DNA of 62,973 nucleotides, filler included, from Aduncisulcus paluster (GCA_024181965.1; 11 parts of 11 records of this genome joined end to end with filler, not necessarily neighbours in it), one strand, 5' to 3'. Positions 1 to 11,628 are shown, counted from the whole stretch's first letter. The notes: generated by a model from the letters alone, not told the origin. Made by a program: numbers and translations.

Positions 1-2995
1 TGCTCATGTTTCTTGTTGAGGTCTTTGGACTCTTCTTCAGAACATCCATCAAGACCGTAGGTCACATCGATGGGGTCGAACAACCAACTCTTGGCCTCAA
101 TGGCTTGTTCTATTGTGGCAATAACAGGAAGATCTTCATACTCGACCTTGACTTCCTTCAGAGCCTCAATACCAGCATCCTTGTTGTCAACACAGATAAT
201 AGCAAGGATCTGACCGACAGTCTGACACTCATCGCCAACACCTATGAAAACAGGCTCATCCTGAATAGCCACACCGACAGCATTGACTCCTTGGATGTCT
301 TCTCTTGTCACGACATCAACAACACCAGGCACTTCAAGAGCTTTGGAGACATCCAAAGAGACGATACGGGCATGGGGGTGATTCGTGAACACGGGAATAG
401 CAATCACGGTGTCCGAGGGTTGAGACATCGTTGAAACATACTCTGCTTTACCCTGGACTTGACGTTCAGCGGATACATGGGGCTTGTTGCCATGGGTAGT
501 GGTCGTGTTAACAGATTTTTTGGAAGGATCCGTCTTTGGCTTCCCTTTATCTTCAGAGTAATCGTAACGAACGGTACTCTTTGAAATAGAATGAAGTCTT
601 CGATCAGTCATACTCTCTGAAAGGAAAGAGGCCAGGAAGGATTCAATGTCATCATCTTCCTCTTTGACAGCACCCTCACAAGTGGGAGACTCCTTTCCAC
701 ACATTTCAGCCCATCGTTTCTTTTTCCCAGCGATACGAAGGCCCTGACAGATCTCCTGAGCTTCAGCTTCACCGACGCCCTCTGCAATGGCCTTGAGAAC
801 ACCTCGAATGAACTCTCCACCACACATAATCTCCCGGTAACGAGGCATTCCTCCGGGAACACAGTCAGGGAGGACGAGGGCAGAGGAAAGCATGGAGAGG
901 GCTTTTGTCAAGGTGGCGGCAGTCAAGATAGTGGACATGAGATACTCCTCGAGGGCAATCTGAGGCTTTGTGTGGGCAGCCATACCACCAAATACAATAC
1001 CAGCATGTTTAGCTCGAATGTGCCCAGACTCATCCTTGTAGCAATTTAAAGAAACACACCCGTTCACAATACTTATATCATCCTCCAGTCGTCTTGCATA
1101 CTTAAACTCATGCACAACAGTGCCCTTGGGTGCAAAGGGTAAGGAAATACCGGCCACAAAATCATTATCGGTCAGAATCGTTCGGCGATAACCGGTGATA
1201 AACTCACGAAGAGGGACATCCTTCACAGTCCAGCCCAAGATTGAGTCTTTCGTGTAAATGTTCATAATAGCATGATTAGCCATCAAAATGGGAATTGTGT
1301 CGCTGATTGGACTTGCGTTACTCACATTACCAGTAAGGGTGGCGACTTCACGGACCTGGGAAGAGGCAAAGAGACGGAGTTGACGGCGAAGAGCCAAAAG
1401 AGGAGCTAAAGTCGAGGGTTCAGATTCCACAGATAAATTACGAGATTTATATTCGTAGAGGACTTTGCTTAACGTTGATAGTGTACGTTCTTCTTCTTCT
1501 GATGGAGGGGGTTCCACAGATCGGGAGGGTGAATCAGAAACTTCGGGGTCAACAATACTATCAACAACTTCACAAACTTCGCTAAGGGTGATAGAACCGC
1601 CAACGAAAAGAGATGGCATGGTTTTACCGTGAACTTCAACATCTCTGAGCTCCATTTGTCTCATTTCAGAGAGAGATCCGACAGGAATGCAGATCTCGGG
1701 GAAAGTACCGCGATTTTTTTTGTCGACAAGGACTTCACTCATTCCAGAGACGATGCGGCAGTGTTCGTGGGTATCAAGGAATTGTAATAACGAAGGAAGT
1801 GTTCCAGGACGGAAGAGGAGTCTGTTGGATGTCTTGGGAAGAGAAGAGAAAAGAGGGNNNNNNNNNNNNNNNNNNNNTTCACAAACTTCGCTAAGGGTGA
1901 TAGAACCGCCAACGAAAAGAGATGGCATGGTTTTACCGTGAACTTCAACATCTCTGAGCTCCATTTGTCTCATTTCAGAGAGAGATCCGACAGGAATGCA
2001 GATCTCGGGGAAAGTACCGCGATTTTTTTTGTCGACAAGGACTTCACTCATTCCAGAGACGATGCGGCAGTGTTCGTGGGTATCAAGGAATTGTAATAAC
2101 GAAGGAAGTGTTCCAGGACGGAAGAGGAGTCTGTTGGATGTCTTGGGAAGAGAAGAGAAAAGAGGGTTCTCAAAGAGTTTGTCGGCATAGTGATAATCCA
2201 TTAACGCTTTTGGGAATGGCTGGGGAAGGCTGAATTTCTGCCCAGGGGTGCGTTTAGTCATGGAAGGTTTAATAACAGTTCCTTCAGAAGCGGATTCTTG
2301 GTCCTTGTCGTAATCTACACTGGTTAAGGGGCGAACGGAATGAGCAACAAAATCCTCCAATTCAGTGTGAGTGGTCTTTTTGAGATCGTCAAGATATCCT
2401 TCATAATCGCTTCCAAATGTCTTTGCAGCATCAAGAATAGCACGGTATCCAGTACACCTACATAAATTGCAGTCAAAACAATGCTCAATTTCCTTCACTT
2501 TGGCGTTGGGGTGATTGAGAAGGAATGCGAAAAGTGCCATAACGATACCTGGAGTACAAATACCGCATTGAGTGGCATGATAAGCAACAATACGTTGCTG
2601 AATAGGATGTAATTGGCGTGGATTTGTGGACATGCCCTCAATTGTGGTGATAGCCATACCATCGCAGTAAATTAAGGGTAAGATACAAGAAACAACAGCA
2701 CGATGAACTATTCTTCCCTTAAACTTATCAAAATGCGAAAGTAAAATGGTACATGAACCACAGCCTCCTTCTCCACATGATACTTTGGTTCCTTTCAATC
2801 CAATGCCTATTGAGGTATATTTTGAGGAAAATAAAGATGGAAAATAGCATAAGAAAAAATGAAAGACAATAATAACAAGAAAATATAAAATATATATCAC
2901 ATACTTTTCAGGTAAGAAGCTAGGGACATTGTTGGATGAACAGATGTTATAAAATGTCTTTTTCCATTGATATAAAGTAATACACCTTCAACCAT
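1..2995 (-). CDS. XDH: Xanthine dehydrogenase/aldehyde oxidase family molybdo-flavoenzyme (eukaryotic single-chain type), 3'-truncated at the window edge
   Basis: Manual translation; absent from the ORF track because it is spliced and runs off the edge. Exon 1 (2995-2905) reads MVEGVLLYINGKRHF...SLASYLK. Exon 2 from 2806 carries 2Fe-2S motifs GLKGTKVSCGEGGCGSCT, HATQCGICTPGIVMA and CNLCRCTGYRAIL, FAD-domain motifs LFASSQVREVATLTGNVSNASPISD and ARRLEDDISIV, and the start of the Mo domain (HVSAERQVQGKAEY, HPHARIVSLD). An in-frame artefactual duplication surrounds the N gap at 1858-1877. Confidence 0.93.
1569..2166. repeat. Assembly-artefact overlap duplication around a 20-N gap (representative of nine)
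   Basis: 1569-1857 is repeated at 1878-2166. The same pattern occurs at gaps 14339-14358, 23167-23186, 27083-27102, 28570-28589, 34390-34409, 40063-40082, 52360-52379 and 57716-57735. Confidence 0.9.
2807..2904 (-). other. Spliceosomal intron (98 nt) in XDH
   Basis: 5' GTATGT, 3' CCTCAATAG. Removal restores the frame (A|GC = Ser) and eliminates an in-frame TGA. Confidence 0.9.
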
Positions 2996-3252
2996 TTGTA
3001 AATATTTTTTATGAAACGAATATATGTTCAGAAAAGTGTCTTAACGTAGTATGAACTTCATTCTGGATTTGAAAATCGTGTAATCGAAATGATTTTACCT
3101 GATATTTCCAGAATGATGTTTATTAGAAGAATTGTTTCAAAAAAAAAAATTAGATTCTCGAAAAAAAAAAAATTAATATGATCTGAATTAAAAATCTGAA
3201 TCATGCACCACAAAAACAAAAAAAAAAAAACTACTTTAAAAAAAATCGATTA

Positions 3253-3963
3253 TCACTCATCTGATTTGCCTCCACAAGGAAACAATTTCCAATGACAGAC
3301 CTGAGAAGCAATAATCAAAAATATAATGACTCCAACGATGAGAACCATTCCAACAATAAACCAGACATTCTTCCACCACATTTTCCTCTTTAAATTTCCA
3401 CTTGCTGTTCTAAATCCATGAGCTGTATCAGCAAGTCCAGCAGAATGAGTGATGAGGGTGTTAATTTTATCTCCACGAGCAACGGCCTTATTGAGGTTGT
3501 CACGCATCACTGAATGGACATCTTCAACATCTTGTTGAAGTTGGTCCAATTTTGTACGTTCTTGAGCATGTTTCTGCATGCTTCCCTCAAGTAATGAACG
3601 GAAGGAGTGGTTGAATTCGTATGATGAAGCTGATTTGATTTTAGCAATTCCGAACATGGTTTCAAAGCTTTCCCGAATACTTTCAAGGAAAGCAAGGCAT
3701 GCACTACGCTTCACGTCCTGATCAGCGATACATAAATAGCAAACATCGTTAATAACGTAAACATGAACTTCATATGAGTCACGAGGGAAAGAAGTTTTTA
3801 ATCCTCGTGATCCTATCGTAGCTGTGGCGATTTTCTCTTTCATAATATGAAGAGCTATAGCTTTATGGTTTCCAGTCAAAAGAGCACACTCCACAAGAGG
3901 TGTGAATTGTCTAGTCCTATCATTTGGACACCGAGAGATGATACAGTAAAAGATTTTCTGCAT
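3253..3963 (-). CDS. VAMP7: VAMP7-like longin R-SNARE
   Basis: Longin domain (YLCIADQDVKRSACLAFLESI), synaptobrevin motif (VEDVHSVMRDNLNKAVARGDKI...FRTASGNLKRKMWWKN) and a C-terminal TM helix. Likely start is ATG 3963 (MQKIFY). Confidence 0.9.
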   Translation of the reverse strand: MQKIFYCIISRCPNDRTRQFTPLVECALLTGNHKAIALHIMKEKIATATIGSRGLKTSFPRDSYEVHVYVINDVCYLCIADQDVKRSACLAFLESIRESFETMFGIAKIKSASSYEFNHSFRSLLEGSMQKHAQERTKLDQLQQDVEDVHSVMRDNLNKAVARGDKINTLITHSAGLADTAHGFRTASGNLKRKMWWKNVWFIVGMVLIVGVIIFLIIASQVCHWKLFPCGGKSDE

Positions 3964-4328
3964 ATTATATTCTAGAAGAAATGAAAATTGTGGTAAGCTG
4001 CCAAAGATGAATCTGTTTTCTTGGAAACTGAACCAATCCGATCCATGATTTTTCACCGGTAAAATTGGTCAGAAAATTGAATATAAATGATTGGAGGGGA
4101 TTTTTTTTGGAGGAAATATCTGTAGTTGATCCAGGAGCGACTTCGCTGAACTTCAAGTTCTGAGTGACAAGGGGAAAAATAAATTATAAAACAATAATAA
4201 TTATTATGAATTGATTCTTTTAAAATAATGAGGATCTTTTTGGGAGATAGAATATATTATGCTGAGGGACTATGCCGACGGTGTCGCCAAAAATGATGAT
4301 TTGGCACGTGAGGTGAATTGTCCTGCTC

Positions 4329-5200
4329 ATGTTATGCACCGACTGTTATTACGGTTGGTTAAATGAAAAGAAATTACTTCTTATTTTTGGGTTTTATGGA
4401 CTTATTTCAGCCTTTAAACCAAGTGAAACCTATATGACTCCTTATCTCAAACAAATATTTACAGATCAACAATTAGACGATATTGTATTCCCTTGTAAAA
4501 CATATGGATACACAACAGCCCTCTTAATACTTGGTATAATGTCATTTATTCCTTCGATTGATGTTTTCCCAGTATTGATGATTGCTGAAATATTTAACCT
4601 TATATATAGGGCAATTCCATTATTTCCAATCAATTCTGTTACAGTAGCCTCCATTATGGAGTTCTGTAATGGTGTGGCTGGTGCTGGGAGTGTTCTGTAT
4701 TTTGGAACCATTTATTCCCTCTGTCGATCTTCTTCATACACTGGAGCGACCAGTATTACACGAGGATCACTTGCTTTGGGACATTGTTTGTCCAGCGGGC
4801 TGGCTCAAGTCGCCGCACTTATATCTCCGAATATTCCATATGATTTGTTATTTATTCTCTCTTTCTTATTTGAATTTTTGTCTCTTCTTATATTGTTATT
4901 CTTGCCAACACCCAAGGCTTTTGTTTCTATTCTTCGACGACGATATGGGTATCGAACAACTGCCCACGAGGATGATAACTTAATCGATGATGATGGATCC
5001 GATGCCGACGATGCAGAGGATGTTGAATCATCGTATATAACCACGAAAAAACGTGATTCAAAGGAGAATTTGGATCGAGAAGCTTATAAACACCGTGAGT
5101 TCCTAAAAGTCGTCGGGAAAACACCTACCACCGATAAATCCAAATCTAAGCGAGGCGCTAGTGAAAAGTCTTCTGTCAAAAAAGCTCAAAGATCTGTTGC
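4329..5200 (+). CDS. Reduced folate/thiamine carrier (SLC19 family), 3'-truncated
   Basis: FYGLISAFKPSETYMTPYL...IVFPCKTYGY matches the SLC19 N-terminal signature; six TM helices are followed by the central loop. Confidence 0.8.
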
Positions 5201-5300
5201 NNNNNNNNNNNNNNNNNNNNNNNNNNNNNNNNNNNNNNNNNNNNTTAATTAATTAANNNNNNNNNNNNNNNNNNNNNNNNNNNNNNNNNNNNNNNNNNNN
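5201..5300. other. Artificial scaffold linker N44-TTAATTAATTAA-N44 (representative of ten)
   Basis: Six-frame-stop spacer. Also at 16821-16920, 21202-21301, 24422-24521, 29731-29830, 32660-32759, 35701-35800, 44479-44578, 46848-46947 and 49421-49520. Confidence 0.98.
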
Positions 5301-5301
5301 C

Positions 5302-7323
5302 CCCAAGAAACCTGTTTCCAAACCCACCCCATCTTCAAATGTTTCTCAAGCGCCTATTTATAGTGTCATTCCGACTGAATCCTTACTTAATTCCACCCAA
5401 CATGAGCTCTTTAACCATTCTCTTGAGCAACTACGTTCCCAACAGATTGAACAAGAAGATCGTCTTGGAAGGCAACAGATCAGGAATGATGAGTTTGTGA
5501 AAGAGAGAGAGAGGATACTTCAGCGTCAAGATCTGAGACGTAAGAAGGCTGAAGAGGCCATTGCCAAACGGAAGGCTGAATATATGCGACAATTTAAGCC
5601 GAAACATGTCACTCACCTCACCGAAGAAGAGCGGAGAAGGGCCAGGAGTAAGCTTGGTGTATGGAGACGAGAAAACGAGCAGGAAGAGAAGAAGAAAGAA
5701 CAGATTAAACTTCGCGAGGAAGAAGAGAAGAGACTCGAGGATGAAAACTTAAAGCGTAGACAGAAAGAGAATGAGACACGCAAACTCTTTATTATGTCCA
5801 AAAATGCTTCATCTCTTGCTCAGATCTCTCATTCGATGTTATCAGCCCTCGATGATCTTAGTACCTCTTTGCATGCGTCCATCACATATTCTGAGGACCG
5901 TGCCGCTCGTCTTGGTGTTGATTTGAAATATGCAGAGGCCAAGGCAATGAATGGTGTTCCTCTGACATCAACTGGCATTGCTACATCCACTCCTTCGCTC
6001 GCTTCAGGTCTTTACGGGTCCTCGGTAGCTTCTCCAAGCCTCGTAAGCTCCATGTACAAATCCAATCCCCATGAAAAGCTAAGGGACATGACTGAAGAAG
6101 AGAAAGATGCCATGAGAAAAGAAACAGAGAAGAGAAGAGAGGAGGCAAGGAAGATGACTGGTGATACTCAGCCCTATACCTTAGTTCACAGCTATACTCC
6201 AAATATCAGAAGTTCTGCCATCACGTCTAAAGAGAAACGCATCATTGAGAAGAAGAAGAAGCAAGAGGAAGATAAGATTGGAGAGAAAATCAGTCAAGTC
6301 AGTGAGGAGAGACTCGTCATGGAGTTCATAAAGGCCAAAAAGAAGCTCGGAGCTGTGGCACCTTTGATTAAGTCGATCTCCACTGTTTGTACTGATGCTG
6401 ACAATCTGACCAATGAATTAGTCCTCTGTCTGAAGCTCAAGGAAGCTCACGATTACTTGCAGAAGAGGAAAGAAGGGGATAAGATTTCATATTTGGGATT
6501 GAAAAAGAAGATTGCTGAGGAAATGGGGCAACTTGAGGATGTCAAATGGGATTATGAGAGAAGAAAGGCTGAAATTGTCGTAAAGAAGAGTGAAGCTGCT
6601 TCTCATTCTTCCTCTTCACGGGCTACACACCATCCTGTCTCTCTTAAGCAGCTGCGTGAGAATCTTGAGAAAGTACGTGAGAAAGTCGACAATGATAAAA
6701 AACTCATTTCTAAATTCACTGTTCCTGCTCCTCTTCCTCCGTCTCATTCAGTCTATTCAGCCATGCATGATGCTGAGGTATTCATGAGAATGCCGGAAAA
6801 AGGTGTTAGTATGATTCATAATCCTCGTAGTGACGTCTGTGAGTATGTTGCTACCTTATGGGAGAGTTTTAATTCCAAATACCCAAACCTTATGGAATCT
6901 TTATCAAAAACTCCGAAAGAATTTTCTGAACACGTGATGAACAATCTCGCCAACCTTGAGTCTTCAGCGTCACATGTTATTGATGCCATTCGCAAAGAGA
7001 AAGTGGATTTCAGGGATAAAGGAGAAGAGAGAGAATGGAAGAAATGGAAAGAAAATGCTCAGAAAGAATGGGGAAGTGGTGTTCCATCTATCATTTCCTC
7101 TTCTTTGACTACAAAACCTAAGCCTTCTCCCACTTCTTTCTCAACTCCTCAAGCAAGCAGCAAGGAACCGGTTGAAGAGTCTCCAATACCAAAGACGCCG
7201 GAAAAGGGAGAGAGAGAAGAGGAGATAGAAGAAGAAGAAGTCAGGAAAGAAGAAGAGGAAGAGCTGGAGGAGAAGGAAGAAAAGGATGAGGAAGACAAGA
7301 AAGATGAGAAGGAAGAGGAGTGA
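5302..7323 (+). CDS. Coiled-coil protein of unknown function, 5'-partial
   Basis: Frame is open from the scaffold start; E/K/R-rich heptads and an acidic tail. Confidence 0.75.
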   Translation, partial: PKKPVSKPTPSSNVSQAPIYSVIPTESLLNSTQHELFNHSLEQLRSQQIEQEDRLGRQQIRNDEFVKERERILQRQDLRRKKAEEAIAKRKAEYMRQFKPKHVTHLTEEERRRARSKLGVWRRENEQEEKKKEQIKLREEEEKRLEDENLKRRQKENETRKLFIMSKNASSLAQISHSMLSALDDLSTSLHASITYSEDRAARLGVDLKYAEAKAMNGVPLTSTGIATSTPSLASGLYGSSVASPSLVSSMYKSNPHEKLRDMTEEEKDAMRKETEKRREEARKMTGDTQPYTLVHSYTPNIRSSAITSKEKRIIEKKKKQEEDKIGEKISQVSEERLVMEFIKAKKKLGAVAPLIKSISTVCTDADNLTNELVLCLKLKEAHDYLQKRKEGDKISYLGLKKKIAEEMGQLEDVKWDYERRKAEIVVKKSEAASHSSSSRATHHPVSLKQLRENLEKVREKVDNDKKLISKFTVPAPLPPSHSVYSAMHDAEVFMRMPEKGVSMIHNPRSDVCEYVATLWESFNSKYPNLMESLSKTPKEFSEHVMNNLANLESSASHVIDAIRKEKVDFRDKGEEREWKKWKENAQKEWGSGVPSIISSSLTTKPKPSPTSFSTPQASSKEPVEESPIPKTPEKGEREEEIEEEEVRKEEEEELEEKEEKDEEDKKDEKEEE

Positions 7324-7588
7324 AAATTGTAAGATATTATCCATTTTATGATGTGATCAGTTTGATTTTATAGCAGTAAATTGACTTTGGAAAAATCTAC
7401 CTCTATTTCTCCAATTTTTTAATACGTAATATATTTACTGCTTAAAATATTAATTTTAGTGGATTTATAATAATATTATAATAACAAAATAATGATTATT
7501 TAATAAAGTGGGCCTCCAGATTTGATTTCGTCACAATTGGCAAAATCAGAAATTTGATATTAATTTTTGATTTAAAAATTTAGAAATA

Positions 7589-10500
7589 ATGATATTGCTT
7601 CATGATGTTTTGTATTATGAACACTTATTTGATATTTTTGAAGCCTATGGAATATTTTGCAGTAGAGAAGAGAGAAATTTGCTTTCTTCATTAGAAACAT
7701 TCCCACCCGATGCATCAAATCGATTAATTGTATCAAAATATGCACAAGAATTTGTTATTTCTCTTCTTGTTACCAGACGACTGTTTTTGCCTTCGCTATT
7801 ACTTGAATTATCTGAACGCGGTCTTGATTTGTGCAGATATTCGCCTTCTATTGATGGGACAATTTTTCATTCAATGTTAAAATGGTCATTATATGGCAAA
7901 TTACCACTTAACCATAAAACATTCCCTCTTCCTTCTGCTCGTCCGATTCTCGATGATTTAGCATTGTTATCAAAGGCACCGGACTGCATCCAAAAGATAG
8001 AAAAAGATAAAAATGCAAGGTTGGAGTATGTTATCGATGTATTTAGAACTATGTTCAAACCGAAACCTTCTTCTTCTTCCAATCCTTCTCTTCCTAAGTC
8101 AATAATTTCATCTGATAAAGAGTTAGAAGAAGCCTTATTTGATTCTGAGACTCCCAATATTGATGACGAATTTCTTAGTCAGATAGCGCTTGATTCTTCT
8201 TTTGTATTGTCCCCAACTCCAGACGAAAAGGAGTTCCAAGGTAGTGAATGTGTGATACCTAACAATAAGACGTCATCTCAACCATCCAGACTTCGGGAAG
8301 GTGCTTCTGGAGATGTTTCTCTTGATTGTGAAGATGCAGGAGAAGAATCTGATGAGGGCATCCATGGAGAGGCGTCTGCAATCTTAGCTTCATTTATTGA
8401 AGCCAGTGGTATCCAAGATGTTAATCCAGATCAAGATAAAGATCAAATTGCTCTGAACGAAGATTCATTCGTGTTCTCGCTTCCTTTTTCTTTCTACGAT
8501 CTCTCTCAAATCGTGGACTCAACTTCATCAACTGTATGGCATCTATTTTTAGAACATGGATATCTTTTGTCTGGTATTCATATTGACTATTTCTATGATT
8601 TACTGACCGGCAGTCATTTCTTCTCCTCCTTTGACATCCTCTACGCTCAAGATAGTCTTGGTCGAACTCCGCTTCATGTGGCTGTTCTTTCTGGATGCTC
8701 TGGCCAAGTAGTGAGTGCTCTGGTCAGCGTATCTATCTGTGACTCGAGCGATGATGCCAAGAGTGCTGCAGTGCAGAGTGAGTGTAATCCAAAAGACTTC
8801 AATGAAGGAATTATTATTGCAGACCCAAGTCCAACATCACCAATGAATTATGATAAGATTCAAGATACATCATCTAGGTCTCTCAATATGGATAAGATAA
8901 GGAACTTGTTTGAGATTAAAGATATGATCGGATATAATCCAATGCTAATGTGTTGTGTGAGTGAACATGCTCCACTCGATGCTGGGAAGGAGCAGTTTGA
9001 TGAAGAGGAAGATAGTATTCCAGAAATGATTCATTCTCCTTCACTGAATGGCGTTGCTTCTCCTCTATCTCCTCATAGATCATACCTATCTCCTAATACA
9101 AATACACACAGTGGTATGATTATTCCAGATGAAGATAAAGATCAAATTGCTCTGAACGAAGATTCATTCGTGTTCTCGCTTCCTTTTTCTTTCTACGATC
9201 TCTCTCAAATCGTGGACTCAACTTCATCAACTGTATGGCATCTATTTTTAGAACATGGATATCTTTTGTCTGGTATTCATATTGACTATTTCTATGATTT
9301 ACTGACCGGCAGTCATTTCTTCTCCTCCTTTGACATCCTCTACGCTCAAGATAGTCTTGGTCGAACTCCGCTTCATGTGGCTGTTCTTTCTGGATGCTCT
9401 GGCCAAGTAGTGAGTGCTCTGGTCAGCGTATCTATCTGTGACTCGAGCGATGATGCCAAGAGTGCTGCAGTGCAGAGTGAGTGTAATCCAAAAGACTTCA
9501 ATGAAGGAATTATTATTGCAGACCCAAGTCCAACATCACCAATGAATTATGATAAGATTCAAGATACATCATCTAGGTCTCTCAATATGGATAAGATAAG
9601 GAACTTGTTTGAGATTAAAGATATGATCGGATATAATCCAATGCTAATGTGTTGTGTGAGTGAACATGCTCCACTCGATGCTGGGAAGGAGCAGTTTGAT
9701 GAAGAGGAAGATAGTATTCCAGAAATGATTCATTCTCCTTCACTGAATGGCGTTGCTTCTCCTCTATCTCCTCATAGATCATACCTATCTCCTAATACAA
9801 ATACACACAGTGGTATGATTATTCCAGATGAAGATCTCATCCAATCGCCACACAGAATTGGTTCTTCCATCCTTCATGATTGCTCTGCTTCAGTGTATCA
9901 ACATTTACTCTCAAGAAGTGCTATTTCTGGATGCATTGAGAAAGATGATGATCAAGAAGAAGATCGCCAAGAAGCTCAGCAAGCCCTTGATGATCATCAG
10001 AAAGAGATATCAACGTTTGAAGAAAGTGAGAGTTTAAAGCAATCAGCGATAAGGAGAAGACTGATTGATATCTTATCACTCAGTCCGACCTCCGTGCTTG
10101 ATAGGACATGTCTTGGGAACTCATCTCTCCACTGCTCTGTTCAACATGGTTGTTATACAGTTGTAAATCTATTAATAGATCTCCACGAATTTCTCAAAGC
10201 TGAGAAAGTTCCATCCCAAAGTGAATTAGAGGAGTTAATTTCTCTAATTTCCACCATTGATGATCCCTATGGTTCTCTTGAGGCCGACAAGAAGGAATTT
10301 TCTTTGTTTAATTCCCAAAATATTGCTCTTCGGACTCCTCTTCACCTTTCTGCAATCTCAGATCCCGAATGCTCTTCCCTTTTGCTTCGCTGTGGTTCTT
10401 TTCTGAATACTAAAGATATATCAAAGCGTTCTCCACTCCATCTTGCATCTGCATCCTTGTCTGCAGAGACGACAGAGCTATTCTTGCGACACGGCTCCAA

Positions 10501-11365
10501 TGCTAATGAAACAGATTCCCACGGAGATACGCCTCTTCACGCTGCATGCATTGCTGTAATGCAAAGAGAAAGTATTCGATTGGAGCAAGAAGAAGAGAAG
10601 ATGAGAAGAGAACATGTTAGTGAAAAAGATATCATCCGGGCCAGAGCAAAGCGAATGGGAGGAGTAGGTATGCGAAATATGATCACTGCCTGTGTGTCCA
10701 AGGAAGAACTGAAACTCTCATGGAAACAAGGGAAAGAGAAGGAGAAAGAAGATGTCGGAAAGGATAAACTGAGTACGGTGAATATCCCACTATCAAAGGT
10801 GAATGATTCATATGCATATCCTCTGAATGGTATTGGTGGTGTCCTGAATGCCCTTTTATTTTATGGTGCACAAATTAACACAAAAAATAATGCTTTGACA
10901 CTGGCCACAGACTTCTGTTCTTCATCTTTCTCAGTTTCTATTTATAAACTGTTCGGAAATGCTCAAAAATTGAGGGGTGATGCTCATGCTCGTGATATTC
11001 TTGATGCTGAGATCGCCAAAGAAACTGCCAAGAAGCTTTCTGAGCGACAAAAACAAGAATTAAAATTGGAGAAAAAGGCTAAAAAAGCCGGGAAACGATT
11101 TATTCCTTGCCATGATCCAATTCAGACTTCATATTCGCACGTCCATTTGAATAATTTGCCCACGTGGATTCTTGATGATTTTGTTGATGATTGTATGTGT
11201 TGTGGACAGCAATTTGGTGTTACCAGGAGAAAACACCACTGTAGAAAGTGTGGAAGATGTGTATGTGCCTCATGTAGCGATCGAAAGGTCCCACTGTTGG
11301 AATTTGGATATCAAAAGGACGTGAAAGTATGTGACCTGTGTATACCTCCAACAATAAAGGAATGA
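7589..11365 (+). CDS. Ankyrin-repeat protein with C-terminal FYVE zinc finger
   Basis: ANK motifs (GRTPLHVA, RTPLHLSA, RSPLHLA, GDTPLHAA) and FYVE motifs WILDD...CMCC...RRKHHCRKCG...KVCDLC. Confidence 0.9.
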   Translation: MILLHDVLYYEHLFDIFEAYGIFCSREERNLLSSLETFPPDASNRLIVSKYAQEFVISLLVTRRLFLPSLLLELSERGLDLCRYSPSIDGTIFHSMLKWSLYGKLPLNHKTFPLPSARPILDDLALLSKAPDCIQKIEKDKNARLEYVIDVFRTMFKPKPSSSSNPSLPKSIISSDKELEEALFDSETPNIDDEFLSQIALDSSFVLSPTPDEKEFQGSECVIPNNKTSSQPSRLREGASGDVSLDCEDAGEESDEGIHGEASAILASFIEASGIQDVNPDQDKDQIALNEDSFVFSLPFSFYDLSQIVDSTSSTVWHLFLEHGYLLSGIHIDYFYDLLTGSHFFSSFDILYAQDSLGRTPLHVAVLSGCSGQVVSALVSVSICDSSDDAKSAAVQSECNPKDFNEGIIIADPSPTSPMNYDKIQDTSSRSLNMDKIRNLFEIKDMIGYNPMLMCCVSEHAPLDAGKEQFDEEEDSIPEMIHSPSLNGVASPLSPHRSYLSPNTNTHSGMIIPDEDKDQIALNEDSFVFSLPFSFYDLSQIVDSTSSTVWHLFLEHGYLLSGIHIDYFYDLLTGSHFFSSFDILYAQDSLGRTPLHVAVLSGCSGQVVSALVSVSICDSSDDAKSAAVQSECNPKDFNEGIIIADPSPTSPMNYDKIQDTSSRSLNMDKIRNLFEIKDMIGYNPMLMCCVSEHAPLDAGKEQFDEEEDSIPEMIHSPSLNGVASPLSPHRSYLSPNTNTHSGMIIPDEDLIQSPHRIGSSILHDCSASVYQHLLSRSAISGCIEKDDDQEEDRQEAQQALDDHQKEISTFEESESLKQSAIRRRLIDILSLSPTSVLDRTCLGNSSLHCSVQHGCYTVVNLLIDLHEFLKAEKVPSQSELEELISLISTIDDPYGSLEADKKEFSLFNSQNIALRTPLHLSAISDPECSSLLLRCGSFLNTKDISKRSPLHLASASLSAETTELFLRHGSNANETDSHGDTPLHAACIAVMQRESIRLEQEEEKMRREHVSEKDIIRARAKRMGGVGMRNMITACVSKEELKLSWKQGKEKEKEDVGKDKLSTVNIPLSKVNDSYAYPLNGIGGVLNALLFYGAQINTKNNALTLATDFCSSSFSVSIYKLFGNAQKLRGDAHARDILDAEIAKETAKKLSERQKQELKLEKKAKKAGKRFIPCHDPIQTSYSHVHLNNLPTWILDDFVDDCMCCGQQFGVTRRKHHCRKCGRCVCASCSDRKVPLLEFGYQKDVKVCDLCIPPTIKE
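8433..9835 (+). repeat. In-frame 699-bp tandem duplication (233 aa) inside the ANK-FYVE gene, identical by eye
   Basis: 8433-9136 matches 9132-9835; the junction lies in the microhomology TCCAGAT[C/G]AAGAT. Confidence 0.9.
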
Positions 11366-11628
11366 ATGGAATTGAAGCACCTGTTATGGATCTAAGAATA
11401 AATTGGTTGACTTTCCTTACGTCGTTATGATGCCATCCTTGGAATATCTTTGCAATAATAATATACTATATTCCAAATAGTACTTGATAAAAATTAAAAT
11501 ATTATTATTGCATTGAATCACCAATAGGTATTGTGATGATACTGTTACAGTATTACAGCACAATCATATTAAACGATCAAATAGAAAATTCGTCTCGACA
11601 GAAAATGGATCCTTGAAACTTGTCCTCC

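Noticed and set aside
6-2190. Short listed ORFs in the first 2.2 kb
   Set aside because: They are antisense or off-frame to XDH, which occupies the minus strand.
5201-5300. Recurrent TTAATTAATTAA motif as a biological repeat
   Set aside because: It always lies in the middle of N44/N44; it is an artificial six-frame-stop linker.
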